The position numbers and the translations under genes were made by a program. Shown piece after piece: positions 10,230-19,699 of a stretch of DNA of 64,000 nt. Within the stretch, counting starts at the first letter, position 1, and every line of letters begins with the position of its first letter. The DNA is from a virus (taxonomy: Duplodnaviria > Caudoviricetes): positions 96,001-160,000 of the IMG/VR virus record IMGVR_UViG_3300033076_001145. One strand, written 5' to 3'. The notes below the pieces were generated by a model. It worked only from the letters and a program-made list of their open reading frames with translations. It did not search any database and had not been told where the DNA came from.

Positions 10230-11081
10230 ATGGATAAAATATTAAAAGATTTTATATATCAACAACTATACGAAGAATTGAGTAATGTGGAGATAATTCC
10301 ACATAAGGATTCCATTTGGTTTATTGACCGAGAAAATGAGTATTGGTATTTTGAATTTGATAAGTCAGGAACATTATGGTGGAGATATCATTTCTTTACC
10401 TCGTTTTTTGAGATGTTCTCTATGAAACGCAATGAGTTTACACCCATTCTGTCCGATTGGGTGGAAGAGGTCCTAAATTATAAGGTATCTACAACGACCT
10501 TGATTAGCAAAGGATGCACGGACGAGGTGGAAGAGGTCCTAAATCATAAGGTAACTACAACAAATTTACATACGACACCTGTCCCTGGTAAGGTGGAAGA
10601 GGTCTTAAATCATAAGGTATCCACAACTTTGTCAGCCAATCTCTTGGCACCTTTAATGGTGGAAGAGGTCCTAAATCATAAGGTATCTACAACACGCTGT
10701 ACGGTAATTTATACAACTTCGCTGGTGGAAGAGGTCTTAAATCATAAGGTATCCACATCCAACGCCAAAGAAATTTTACAAAAGCAAACGGTGGAGGATG
10801 TCCTAAATCATAAGGTATCTACAACAATGGCCATCCAATCTTGCAAAGAGAATTGGGTGGAAGAGGTCTTAAATCATAAGGTAATAGAAACCCAAACAGG
10901 GAACGCACCTCCATTGTCATTTGTGAAGGATGTTTTAGATTATAAAGTAACCAAAACTAAAAGAGATTCATCAGTTGATTGGGTTAATGTGGAAGAGATA
11001 TTAACTCATAAGGTATCCTCAACACAAGGATGGGGAGTTGAGGATTGTCACTTGGTTGGGAAGATATTAAATCAAAAATAA
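10230..11081 (+). CDS. Family A protein with in-frame array
   Basis: Tandem paralog of 9443; open through 9 units. Confidence 0.8.
   Translation: MDKILKDFIYQQLYEELSNVEIIPHKDSIWFIDRENEYWYFEFDKSGTLWWRYHFFTSFFEMFSMKRNEFTPILSDWVEEVLNYKVSTTTLISKGCTDEVEEVLNHKVTTTNLHTTPVPGKVEEVLNHKVSTTLSANLLAPLMVEEVLNHKVSTTRCTVIYTTSLVEEVLNHKVSTSNAKEILQKQTVEDVLNHKVSTTMAIQSCKENWVEEVLNHKVIETQTGNAPPLSFVKDVLDYKVTKTKRDSSVDWVNVEEILTHKVSSTQGWGVEDCHLVGKILNQK
10460..11081. CRISPR. CRISPR-like array A2: 9 repeats plus truncated 10th; 9 unique 30-bp spacers; degenerate distal end
   Basis: Repeats at 10460, 10526, 10592, 10658, 10724, 10790, 10856, 10922 (degenerate), 10988; partial at 11054. Confidence 0.85.
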
Positions 11082-11082
11082 A

Positions 11083-11718
11083 ATGGATAAAATATTAAAA
11101 GATTTTATATATCAACAATTATACGAGGAGTTATCAAATGTGGAAATTATTCATCATGGTAAATCAATATGGTTTATTGATAGGGATAATAAATACTGGT
11201 ACTTTGAGCTTGACACATTTAGTAACACTTTATGGTGGAGGTATGATTTCTTTGTATCGTTTTTCAAGGTATTTTCAATGGATAATGAAAAATTCACTCC
11301 AATTATTGCAAATTGGGTTGCAAATATATTAAGTGGTGATTTTGAAGTGTCGAAAAAAGGTTCGGAATTAATTGATGAGGATGGTGTTATAAATAATATT
11401 CTAAATAATAATGGAGTTACTCTTATACCAGCAAATGATGGTATATTTAATAACAGTAGAGCGGAAATTGTAATCAAATCGGAACCTGCAAGTAGGGATT
11501 GGAAGATAGGTGAAGTATTAAAAACTATATCTAAAACCTCACCTCCTTGGGCCTCTCTTATGGTTAATCAAATATTAAAATCCTCATCATCAGTTACTGT
11601 AAATAAAGTATCCAGCTTAGGGAGTTTCCGACAACAATATCATGTGGATGAGGTATTAAAAACAAAATCGTTGTCATACTATCCTGATAGTGTAATAGAT
11701 TCGGTATTAAATAAATAA
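11083..11718 (+). CDS. Family A protein with eroded repeat tail
   Basis: Same N-domain; tail has relics IGEVLKT, MVNQILK, NKVSS, HVDEVLKTK, VIDSVLNK. Confidence 0.7.
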   Translation: MDKILKDFIYQQLYEELSNVEIIHHGKSIWFIDRDNKYWYFELDTFSNTLWWRYDFFVSFFKVFSMDNEKFTPIIANWVANILSGDFEVSKKGSELIDEDGVINNILNNNGVTLIPANDGIFNNSRAEIVIKSEPASRDWKIGEVLKTISKTSPPWASLMVNQILKSSSSVTVNKVSSLGSFRQQYHVDEVLKTKSLSYYPDSVIDSVLNK

Positions 11719-11723
11719 AGTAA

Positions 11724-12050
11724 TTAACGACATTCCCTCTGATAAGTATTCTTTAAGTGCTCGGTGAATTTTTTACTAGCATAATCCACCATTAACTTAT
11801 AAGACTCTCCCCACTCAACAGTATTTTCATCCATATCGGAGAAGAAGTCCCAATACATAGATGTTATGGCTTTTTCAATTACCGTTTCAACATATTGTTC
11901 CTTTGACAATCCACAAACATTATATTGAACTTTAACTTCTTTAATTGCAAAATCAATCTGCCAATCAATTGCGTGTAGTCTTCTTTTAACACTATTTGGG
12001 ACCTCTGTTGATTCTTTTAATACTCTCTTTATGGATTCTCTGAGTTTCAT
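11724..12050 (-). CDS. MKLRESIKRVLKES-leader protein
   Basis: Leader motif; TATTTATA upstream. Confidence 0.6.
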   Translation of the reverse strand: MKLRESIKRVLKESTEVPNSVKRRLHAIDWQIDFAIKEVKVQYNVCGLSKEQYVETVIEKAITSMYWDFFSDMDENTVEWGESYKLMVDYASKKFTEHLKNTYQRECR

Positions 12051-12082
12051 ATTATTATAAATATATTTATATTTATTAAATT

Positions 12083-12421
12083 ATGAAGGATGACAATCAA
12101 TTAGAGGAACTTGTATTTGCATATCTTAATGCTCAGGACTTTGAAATTATCCATAAAGAAGGTTATCATAAATACGCATACTTTGTTTATGACAAGGATG
12201 ACGCTCACGCTCAGATAATGTATCACAAAACCTTTGTTGTGATTTCTAAAGAGTTGTCGGATGAAATTAATTCTTATTTCAATGTTCCTTCAGGTGATAA
12301 CGCATCAGTTGAAATTAAAAATTGGATTGAGTCAAAGTTAAACACTAAAATTGATATTTGGGATGTTAAAATATATGGTGGAATGATGGGCGATGCCTGG
12401 TTATCTGTTAATGAGGATTAA
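12083..12421 (+). CDS. Family B paralog without recognisable array
   Basis: YLNAQDF...HAQIMY...EINSYF...WIESKL. Confidence 0.65.
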   Translation: MKDDNQLEELVFAYLNAQDFEIIHKEGYHKYAYFVYDKDDAHAQIMYHKTFVVISKELSDEINSYFNVPSGDNASVEIKNWIESKLNTKIDIWDVKIYGGMMGDAWLSVNED

Positions 12422-13135
12422 AATATCATATCTTCATCCATTTTATCCTGAATATCTTGTTGAGCAATAGGTAATAGTTCATTCATAATGATGTCATATA
12501 CACCTGGTAAATAAACTTCATCATACCAACTAAACAACTCTTCAACACTATCAAATCTTGTTTTGTCTTGTAACACTTTGAAATAGTCTCCTTCCCCAGC
12601 GATTTCAACAACTACCTGTTTACCAATTTTTCTACTTCTATCCTCCAAAGAAAACCAATCAATTTCAACAGGTGTATAATCAAGTCCATCCCAAAATGGT
12701 GTGGCCATTGCCGTAATAAGTTCAGTATAATTAGGGAGAAATTCTCCCGTTTTAATCTCACCATCCCAATAAAAAATACCATCCAAATTTGTTTGTATAT
12801 TAAATTCATTGTAGGTATCTTTCAATTTACCTTTTTCTAAATTTTCAATTAATAATTCGTTCGCAATTTTTGAATTGATTTCAATTTTTGAAAGTTTGAC
12901 TAATTGTGTCGTACTAACACCAAGGTATTTTTTTGCTTCATATATACCAACCTCGTCAATTAGTTCAAGAATAGAATTTTGAAATTTATCTTCAGAATCT
13001 TCTCTTAATATTTTTCTTATGTTATCCCTTAGATTCATATCATTATAAATACCACTTAAAATGAAAACCCCACTGAGTAGCGAATTCAATGGGGTTAATG
13101 TAGCCTAAACTACAGCGGTCCTAAGCCCACTTTCT

Positions 13136-13651
13136 TTAATCATAATCTTTTAAATTATACTTATCAATTATCTGTTGGAATATTTGATTTCTATATGTTT
13201 TTGCTAATGTTTCTCTTTTTGGTATAAAAGAATATCCAAATCCCGAACTTCCACTCATTCCTACGACTCTCCAAACAACTCTTCCGTCTACGTAATTAAC
13301 TTTTCGTAATCTAGCATCAAAAGAATATTGCATGTCATTTTTCCTACCAAATTTAAACTTACCTAATTTTTTTTCATCTTTACCAAAATCCTCCAAATTT
13401 AAGTGTTGGACAAGATTGTCATCAAAATACATATTAACCTCATTACCTTCTCTAATATAATAAGGTCCAACATTTTCATTTTTGTAAAATTCCTTTAGGT
13501 TTCCACCATAAACCATTTTTATGTAGTTTGAGACACTACCAAACATTCTTTCAATCTGATACCAACCTATTTCATTATAAAGACCTTTTAAGTCGTTATC
13601 TGACGGCTCTTCAGTTTCTTCTTTTAATATTTTCTTAATTAAATCTTTCAT
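13136..13651 (-). CDS. MKDLIKKILKEET-leader protein
   Basis: First 13 aa identical to 31277 ORF. Confidence 0.6.
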   Translation of the reverse strand: MKDLIKKILKEETEEPSDNDLKGLYNEIGWYQIERMFGSVSNYIKMVYGGNLKEFYKNENVGPYYIREGNEVNMYFDDNLVQHLNLEDFGKDEKKLGKFKFGRKNDMQYSFDARLRKVNYVDGRVVWRVVGMSGSSGFGYSFIPKRETLAKTYRNQIFQQIIDKYNLKDYD

Positions 13652-13996
13652 TAAAAAAATATAAAAATTTTATTTGGTAATATACTATGTTTCTTTTGAA
13701 AGTATTTTTTCAAATATACCTCGTTATCGTCGTTGGTCATTTTTCTTATTTGTCTCAAAAACTCGTATTCAACCCATGTATTGTAGTTTATTTCACTAAC
13801 TTCAAACACAGTATTACCATTACTATCCTGAAACTTAATTTTGTCAGGAAACAATACTTGTTTTAACTCACCGTATTCATCTTCAACAAACATGTCAATT
13901 AAATTGACCATAGCTTCTTCAATATGTTTCTCTTTTGACTCACTCATATCTAAATAAATATTACCTCAACCATTTGACACTACAATTAATATTTCA

Positions 13997-14004
13997 TATC
14001 TTTG
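13997..14004 (+). promoter_or_regulatory. Bacteroidota-type promoter (-7 TATCTTTG, upstream TTTG)
   Basis: TTTGAC at ~13973 and TATCTTTG upstream of the ORF ending at 14280. Confidence 0.6.
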
Positions 14005-14287
14005 AAAAAACAACTAATAATAAAAAATACTATGGGAAAAGGTTCAATTAAAGGTCGCTACGTATGTAAGGTAGGGTTTTATGATGTTTATGCTAAAGAC
14101 AATCTAAAGCCAGCAAAAGAGAGTAAAAATAAATGGGCAATCGGTGAGGTTATCTCAACTGATTACATCATCTATCACTCTAAGAAAATGGTAGAAAAAG
14201 GACTCCACACCAAAGAATTGGCAGTTAATAAAGCCAAAGAACTTTTGGGAGTCAAATACCGACAACAATACGGCCTGTGAGAATAAG

Positions 14288-14312
14288 AAACCCTTCGTAA
14301 TGAAGGGTTTTT
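14288..14312 (+). terminator. Intrinsic terminator
   Basis: AAACCCTTC-gtaat-GAAGGGTTTTT. Confidence 0.75.
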
Positions 14313-14334
14313 AATTTATTAAGTATTTATAATT

Positions 14335-15048
14335 ATGTCAAAATATACCCAAGAGGAAATGTCAGTAATATCATCAATGATGATTACATTATTAGATGAT
14401 TATGATTATCACGGTATAACAATTCGTTTTTCAGGTGATTATAGTAAAAAGAGGATTTATGGTGTTGATTATCAACTTCCTGTATTTAAAATTGACAATC
14501 CAAATGATTTACCGTATTCAATGCCGACTATTATATTGGAATGGGCAGATGAAGAATTAGGTAATATAGGAAAACTTATTAATATACCTGATTTAAGATG
14601 GGAAAGGGAATTTTTGAAATTCTTTAATAAAACTGATAGGGATTACTACATTCCACCCAAAATGAAACAAGGAATTAAAAAGTGCTTAAACACTCCTGAG
14701 GTTGATGTTAAATTTAGAAAAGGTAATACTATATACACTGTTACTGGGTCATTTTCTACAGATGCAGGTTTTGAGATGTATTGGGACAGCTCCGAGGATT
14801 TCAGAATTTTTGTTGATTTTAATATAAGTAAAGTATGGATAGAGGACCTAAATTATAAAGACAAATATGGATTTTTGGAACTTGGTCCATATATTATAGA
14901 TTTACTTTACGATTTTCACTATGACGATAGTAGTATTTTTGAAGGTTTAGTTTGGCATTGTTTTGAAGATTTAATGGGATACCGTAGTTTTATTGACAGG
15001 GATTGGCAATTTATTGCAGTAACTCCAAATTTTGGTTTTCAGAAATAA
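14335..15048 (+). CDS. Hypothetical protein; paralog of 23338..24054
   Basis: Shared 'I.NPNDL.YS' motif. Confidence 0.6.
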   Translation: MSKYTQEEMSVISSMMITLLDDYDYHGITIRFSGDYSKKRIYGVDYQLPVFKIDNPNDLPYSMPTIILEWADEELGNIGKLINIPDLRWEREFLKFFNKTDRDYYIPPKMKQGIKKCLNTPEVDVKFRKGNTIYTVTGSFSTDAGFEMYWDSSEDFRIFVDFNISKVWIEDLNYKDKYGFLELGPYIIDLLYDFHYDDSSIFEGLVWHCFEDLMGYRSFIDRDWQFIAVTPNFGFQK

Positions 15049-15404
15049 TAGTTAAAAATCTTACAATCAGGATTTAAGTCTTTTAAATCAGGAAACATTA
15101 TATCACCAATACTATCGTTATTAATATGTGAAATATGTAATTCTGTAAAGTATTTGGCATACTTCTCATAAGTTTTCTTTCCTCCAATACACCAATCAAC
15201 ATCCAATATTAACTCGTCTCTTTCATCGATAATCACTTCTCTATTCTTTAGTTTTGGTAAATTAATTGATGTATTATACCCAACAAGTAATCTTTTATTT
15301 AATGTCTGTTTAATAAAATGTGACATATCTTGTTGAGAGTTCCATAACAACTTGTTATCTAAACCAATGTAAGAGAGATTGTTTTTGGCGATTATCGCTT
15401 TCAT
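15039..15404 (-). CDS. folA: Dihydrofolate reductase (short)
   Basis: IG.DNKLLW...DM.HF...T, LPKLKNR, IGG..TY, GD..FP motifs. Confidence 0.8.
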   Translation of the reverse strand: MKAIIAKNNLSYIGLDNKLLWNSQQDMSHFIKQTLNKRLLVGYNTSINLPKLKNREVIIDERDELILDVDWCIGGKKTYEKYAKYFTELHISHINNDSIGDIMFPDLKDLNPDCKIFNYYF

Positions 15405-15433
15405 TTTTTTAATGTTAATTTATTATTAATTGG

Positions 15434-15835
15434 ATGATAGATGAAATTGTTAAACAGTCAATATTTAATTTATTATTTGATGACATGGATGGTGCTGAGG
15501 TCATTGACTTAGGTAAATCCATTTGGGTAATTAATAAAGAAACAAGGTATTGGTATTTCGAATATCAAACCGACACCAAAAATCTTTGGTGGAGATATGA
15601 CTTTTTCTTATCATATTTAACACCATTTGGTATGAATGAGGTTTGGTATCACATTATATTCTCCGAGTTCTTTAATTACTTCCTAAATCAAAAACAATTT
15701 AATTCGGCTGAGGTTAAAAAACTATGTGAAGGTGACTTTGTTTCGATATTGGAGATGGACCAAGTGTTATCTGATGATAGAGAACTACAAATCAAAATGA
15801 AACAAATTATAGATGAAAAAAGGTCAGATGTCTGA
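15434..15835 (+). CDS. Family A paralog without array
   Basis: GKSIWVI.KETRYWYFEY...LWWRYDFF matches 11083 ORF. Confidence 0.7.
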   Translation: MIDEIVKQSIFNLLFDDMDGAEVIDLGKSIWVINKETRYWYFEYQTDTKNLWWRYDFFLSYLTPFGMNEVWYHIIFSEFFNYFLNQKQFNSAEVKKLCEGDFVSILEMDQVLSDDRELQIKMKQIIDEKRSDV

Positions 15836-15839
15836 CCTT

Positions 15840-16844
15840 TTATATTGTATCCATACTCTCTGAGAATATAACTTCTCGAATCAATCCACAAGACTTTTTA
15901 ATTATGTTTTCAAAATAAATCTTAAAGAATTCTTTATCAACAAAAAGTCTTTCACTTCCATTATGTATTAATTTAAAAGTTCCAACTTGTTCTAAAACAT
16001 CCACTTTATTAACCACAAGATGTGTCACTCCATTAATATTACACGCTTTGATTAAATCATCTAAGTTCGTCCATCCAATTTGTCTTGGTCTTCCTGTTGT
16101 TGAGCCGTATTCATTTCCAACACCTCTAATCATTTCAAATATTTCATTTGGTTCCTCAAATTGTTTGGCCCCAACATATGTATTATAAGCTTTACAAATA
16201 CCATAAACCTTTCGTATCGATTGAGGTGGAACTCCATTCATAATCGCACTTCCAACCGTGCAGTGTGAGGATGTTACATAAGGATAATCACCCCAATCAA
16301 TATCGAGTTCAAACCCTTGTGCTCCTTCAAACAATATTTTGGTTTCTGTCTTATGTAACTCATCATAAATGTCAATCATAAATGACTCTAATATTTCAGC
16401 ATGTTCCGCTCTATTACCAACACGAGAATACTTGTCACTATAACATGGACCATTACCTGTTTTGGTTGTTCCAATCTTTGTGTCTGTTGAGTCTTTATCA
16501 ATATGTTCAGGAGTTATAATATGAACTCTCTTGTCTATAAACAAATTACCGATTACCTCGACACCCGAACTTTCGAGTTGTTGTATTTCTTGTAATAGTT
16601 TAATTGGATTGACCACACATCCAGGTCCAATGATTGATTTTACACCATTTACAATTCCTGATGGAATAAAATGTGTGACAATCTTCTTTCCGTTTTTATA
16701 GATGGTATGTCCAGCATTTCCTCCACCATTATATCTTACCACATGAGTATATTCATTTGGTATTTGACTCAATGTATTACATACTTTTCCTTTTCCAGTG
16801 TCGCCTGATTGCAAATCGACAATTACATCCGCATAATTAATCAT
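15840..16844 (-). CDS. purA: Adenylosuccinate synthetase (short form)
   Basis: GDTGKGK, RYNGGGNAGHT, IGTT..GNGP, FEGAQG, GDYPYVTSS, EYGSTTGRPR, KVDVL. Confidence 0.92.
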   Translation of the reverse strand: MINYADVIVDLQSGDTGKGKVCNTLSQIPNEYTHVVRYNGGGNAGHTIYKNGKKIVTHFIPSGIVNGVKSIIGPGCVVNPIKLLQEIQQLESSGVEVIGNLFIDKRVHIITPEHIDKDSTDTKIGTTKTGNGPCYSDKYSRVGNRAEHAEILESFMIDIYDELHKTETKILFEGAQGFELDIDWGDYPYVTSSHCTVGSAIMNGVPPQSIRKVYGICKAYNTYVGAKQFEEPNEIFEMIRGVGNEYGSTTGRPRQIGWTNLDDLIKACNINGVTHLVVNKVDVLEQVGTFKLIHNGSERLFVDKEFFKIYFENIIKKSCGLIREVIFSESMDTI

Positions 16845-17466
16845 TTTTTTCCCATATTGTAGATTTACCTAATTCTACGATTAGTCCATCCTCGTTTATT
16901 TTTATTTTATAATTTTCTAACAAATTCTTTAATGTTTTCATATGTTTCCCTTTGATTAACCAATCGGCAAACAAATAATCTTTATTCACTTTCTTTGAAC
17001 CTGTTACCGTCTCATAGACATATCTATTATCAGTCTCCCTACTCTCATATATCTCATCGTATTTCTTCGATGGTTCTGACCATATTGTCCATCCCTCTTT
17101 AACCATTTTATCACCGTAAATTTCAGTGAATAAATCAATCTTATCTCTAAGTTCTAAATAAGGATAATGTTTTTTCATATTTGGAGTAATAAATTCTTTT
17201 TAGGATTACTGTAATCAACAAAGACTTTCATCTCATGTAATGGTCTTGCGTTTAATGATTTTAATATCATTTTACACTCTTGGGTAAATTCTTCTAGTAT
17301 TTCATATCGATTGAAATATACCTCAAACGGAACTTCCTTCATTACATAATAGAGCATAAACTTCTCATCTTTCTCAACTATTGATACACAATCGACAGGT
17401 AATTTATATTCAGGTAAAAGTTCTTCTTTTACCATCTTTAGAAAATAAATGTCTATTTCATTTAGA

Positions 17467-17910
17467 TTATTCACTAACTTGTTTTTCGTCCATTGATAGG
17501 AGTCCTTTCCCGTATTTTTCTAATCTTTCGTAATACCTATCTTTCACATAGTCATGAATTGGAATTGCTCTTCCATCACTATCAATCCTAACAAATGTGA
17601 TATATGTTTGAGTAACCGCTTCTTGGTTTCCAGTATGGACATTATGTTTTCTAACTTCAACATAGAGTTTAATTGATGTTGTTCCAAACTTATCCACCCT
17701 ACCATAAATCTTTAATAGACTACCAACCTTAACAGGACTTTTAAATATTAACTCATCAATCTTAATTGTTACCATTCTTGTGGTGTCACAGATTTGAAAT
17801 GCGTATGATGCCCCAGCTTCGTCAATAAGTCCCATCATACTTCCTCCGAACATGTTCCCACCAATTCCGAGTTCGTTACCTTTACATATGTAAGTTGTGA
17901 TTAATTCCAT
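17467..17910 (-). CDS. Acyl-CoA thioesterase (hotdog fold, YciA-like)
   Basis: NMFGG...IDEA, VT..ID...F..PV.VG, GTTSI, TFV.ID..GR. Confidence 0.85.
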   Translation of the reverse strand: MELITTYICKGNELGIGGNMFGGSMMGLIDEAGASYAFQICDTTRMVTIKIDELIFKSPVKVGSLLKIYGRVDKFGTTSIKLYVEVRKHNVHTGNQEAVTQTYITFVRIDSDGRAIPIHDYVKDRYYERLEKYGKGLLSMDEKQVSE

Positions 17911-18614
17911 TTTTTTCTTTTTTTATCTAACCATTCTTGTTTTTTTATATCGGCAATTTCTTTACCATATTTTTCAACCCACACATCGTAAAAAGTTTTA
18001 CCATACATTGGGTTTTTGTCACCAGATATCAAATGACCTTTACCGTAAAAAGGATTTTTTTCACCGTTATAGTCTCTCCCCTCAAATGATTTTTTCAAAT
18101 TAGTTAAATGCTCTTTTGTAAATTCTTTACCCTTGTTAGATTCACTAATTTTTCTCTTAGTTTCATCATCTCTTTTTTTACCTTGTAACGGAGCAACTCC
18201 ACCATTTTTATAGTATTTTTTGAGCCCTTCACTTATCCCTTTTTTATTTTTATCAGTCAATGGGACCCCTTTAGTTTTACCTTTCTTACCAATACTAATA
18301 TTTTTTTTCCAATCAGATATTTCATCTTCACTCATATATTGTGTAATATCCCCACCAATACCACCTTCATGAACATTGTAAAAATCTTTTGACTGAACAG
18401 CATCATATTCCAAAATCCATTTCTTTTCAGATATTAATAATTCTTCTCTATTATTACAAATTTCCAAAATTTGTTTTGTAAAATTATTTTTACCGTATTT
18501 TTTTATAGCTCTTTTTATATGAACACCTGAACCAAAATAATTATCATCATTATTCATATCCAGACCAATATATTTTTTACCATTAACTAAATTTGTCGTT
18601 AAATAAATTACCAT
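17901..18614 (-). CDS. Free-standing GIY-YIG homing endonuclease with NUMOD3-type repeats
   Basis: VIY.TTNLVNGKKYIG, Y.GSG, FYN; ETKRKISES and GEKNPFYGK repeats. Confidence 0.88.
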   Translation of the reverse strand: MVIYLTTNLVNGKKYIGLDMNNDDNYFGSGVHIKRAIKKYGKNNFTKQILEICNNREELLISEKKWILEYDAVQSKDFYNVHEGGIGGDITQYMSEDEISDWKKNISIGKKGKTKGVPLTDKNKKGISEGLKKYYKNGGVAPLQGKKRDDETKRKISESNKGKEFTKEHLTNLKKSFEGRDYNGEKNPFYGKGHLISGDKNPMYGKTFYDVWVEKYGKEIADIKKQEWLDKKRKKWN

Positions 18615-18664
18615 AATATTGTTTATTTATAAATATACCACCAAACAAATTATAGTAAATATTT

Positions 18665-19699
18665 TTACACATTCACCATCTTAAAGTTCATATCAACAAG
18701 ATTAACAGTCTCTGAAATTGATTTCATAATCAAATATGGATTACCATTTGATGCTGGTCGTCTGTCTTCAACATAACCTTTCCAATTATTCTGTTCAGTT
18801 GTTTGTGGAACTCTGATTGATGCACCTCTGTCTGAAACTCCCCAACTAAATGTATCAATTGATTGTGTCTCGTGTTTCCCTGTAAGTCTCATCTTATTCT
18901 GTGACCCGTAGTTTTCAATATGTTTGTGATGGTTTTTCTTTAACGCCGAGAATAACATTTCAAAGTAATCTTTTCCACCAACTTCTCTCATATGTTTGGT
19001 TGAGAAGTTTGTATGTAATCCTGAACCATTCCAATCACCATCTAAAGGTTTTGGGTGGTATTCAACTCTTACATTATAAGTTTCGCAAAGTCTTTGTAAT
19101 AGAAAGCGAGACAAAATTAATTGGTCACATGCTTCATATGTTCCCTTACCCATTACTTGGTATTCCCACTGACCTAAAGCAACTTCAGCATTAATACCTG
19201 TTAAGTTAAGACCCGCAGCTAAACAAACATCCAAGTGGTGTTCAACAATATTTCTTCCTGACACATTCCCTTCACCAATACCACAATAGTATTCACCTTG
19301 TGGTTTCATCCAACCTTTTTTGTGACCAATAGGTAACTCACCTTCACAAATGAAATACTCCTGTTCAAATCCAACCCACATATTTGAATCATCTTTGAGT
19401 TGTGACCTGTGATTTGATGGATGAGGAGTTAGGTCAGGATTTAATACCTCACATAAAACAAGGTATGCAGATTTTCTTTGGGGGTCTTTAATCATCTTAA
19501 CAGGTTTCAACATACAGTCAGAATAATTTCCTTCCGCCTGTTTTGTTGATGAGCCGTCAAAACTCCAAATTGGCAAATCATCCAATGTTGGTTCTTGTTC
19601 AGATTGATAGATTTTTGTCTTACTTCTAATGTTTGGTTCAGGTGTATAACCATCTAACCAAATGTATTCTAATTTAGTTATCATATATTTGTTTTGCAA
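18665..19699 (-). CDS. glnII: Glutamine synthetase type II
   Basis: LEYIWLDG, WSFDGSST, GFEQEY, GINAEV..GQWEYQ, DWNGSGLHTNFST, RLTGKHET, EDRRPASN. Confidence 0.92.
   Translation of the reverse strand: MQNKYMITKLEYIWLDGYTPEPNIRSKTKIYQSEQEPTLDDLPIWSFDGSSTKQAEGNYSDCMLKPVKMIKDPQRKSAYLVLCEVLNPDLTPHPSNHRSQLKDDSNMWVGFEQEYFICEGELPIGHKKGWMKPQGEYYCGIGEGNVSGRNIVEHHLDVCLAAGLNLTGINAEVALGQWEYQVMGKGTYEACDQLILSRFLLQRLCETYNVRVEYHPKPLDGDWNGSGLHTNFSTKHMREVGGKDYFEMLFSALKKNHHKHIENYGSQNKMRLTGKHETQSIDTFSWGVSDRGASIRVPQTTEQNNWKGYVEDRRPASNGNPYLIMKSISETVNLVDMNFKMVNV

Noticed and set aside
9443-11081. Diversity-generating retroelement or TIGR array as explanation of the repeats
   Set aside because: Spacers are wholly unrelated rather than adenine-specific variants of a template, and there is no RT in the window. 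The unit is 36 + 30 bp, not the short dual-spacer TIGR unit.
9673-11081. Ordinary protein tandem repeat
   Set aside because: The conserved block starts and ends mid-codon, inserts have fixed length and foreign GC content, and the same architecture recurs with 29/31-bp frameshifting spacers in family B.
15840-16844. PurZ (Z-genome) gene
   Set aside because: Motif is GDxGKG with Asp as in PurA, not GSTGKG.
17901-18614. Intron-encoded status of the GIY-YIG (and of the LAGLIDADG at 39700)
   Set aside because: Flanking genes are intact and no group I core elements were seen; both appear free-standing.
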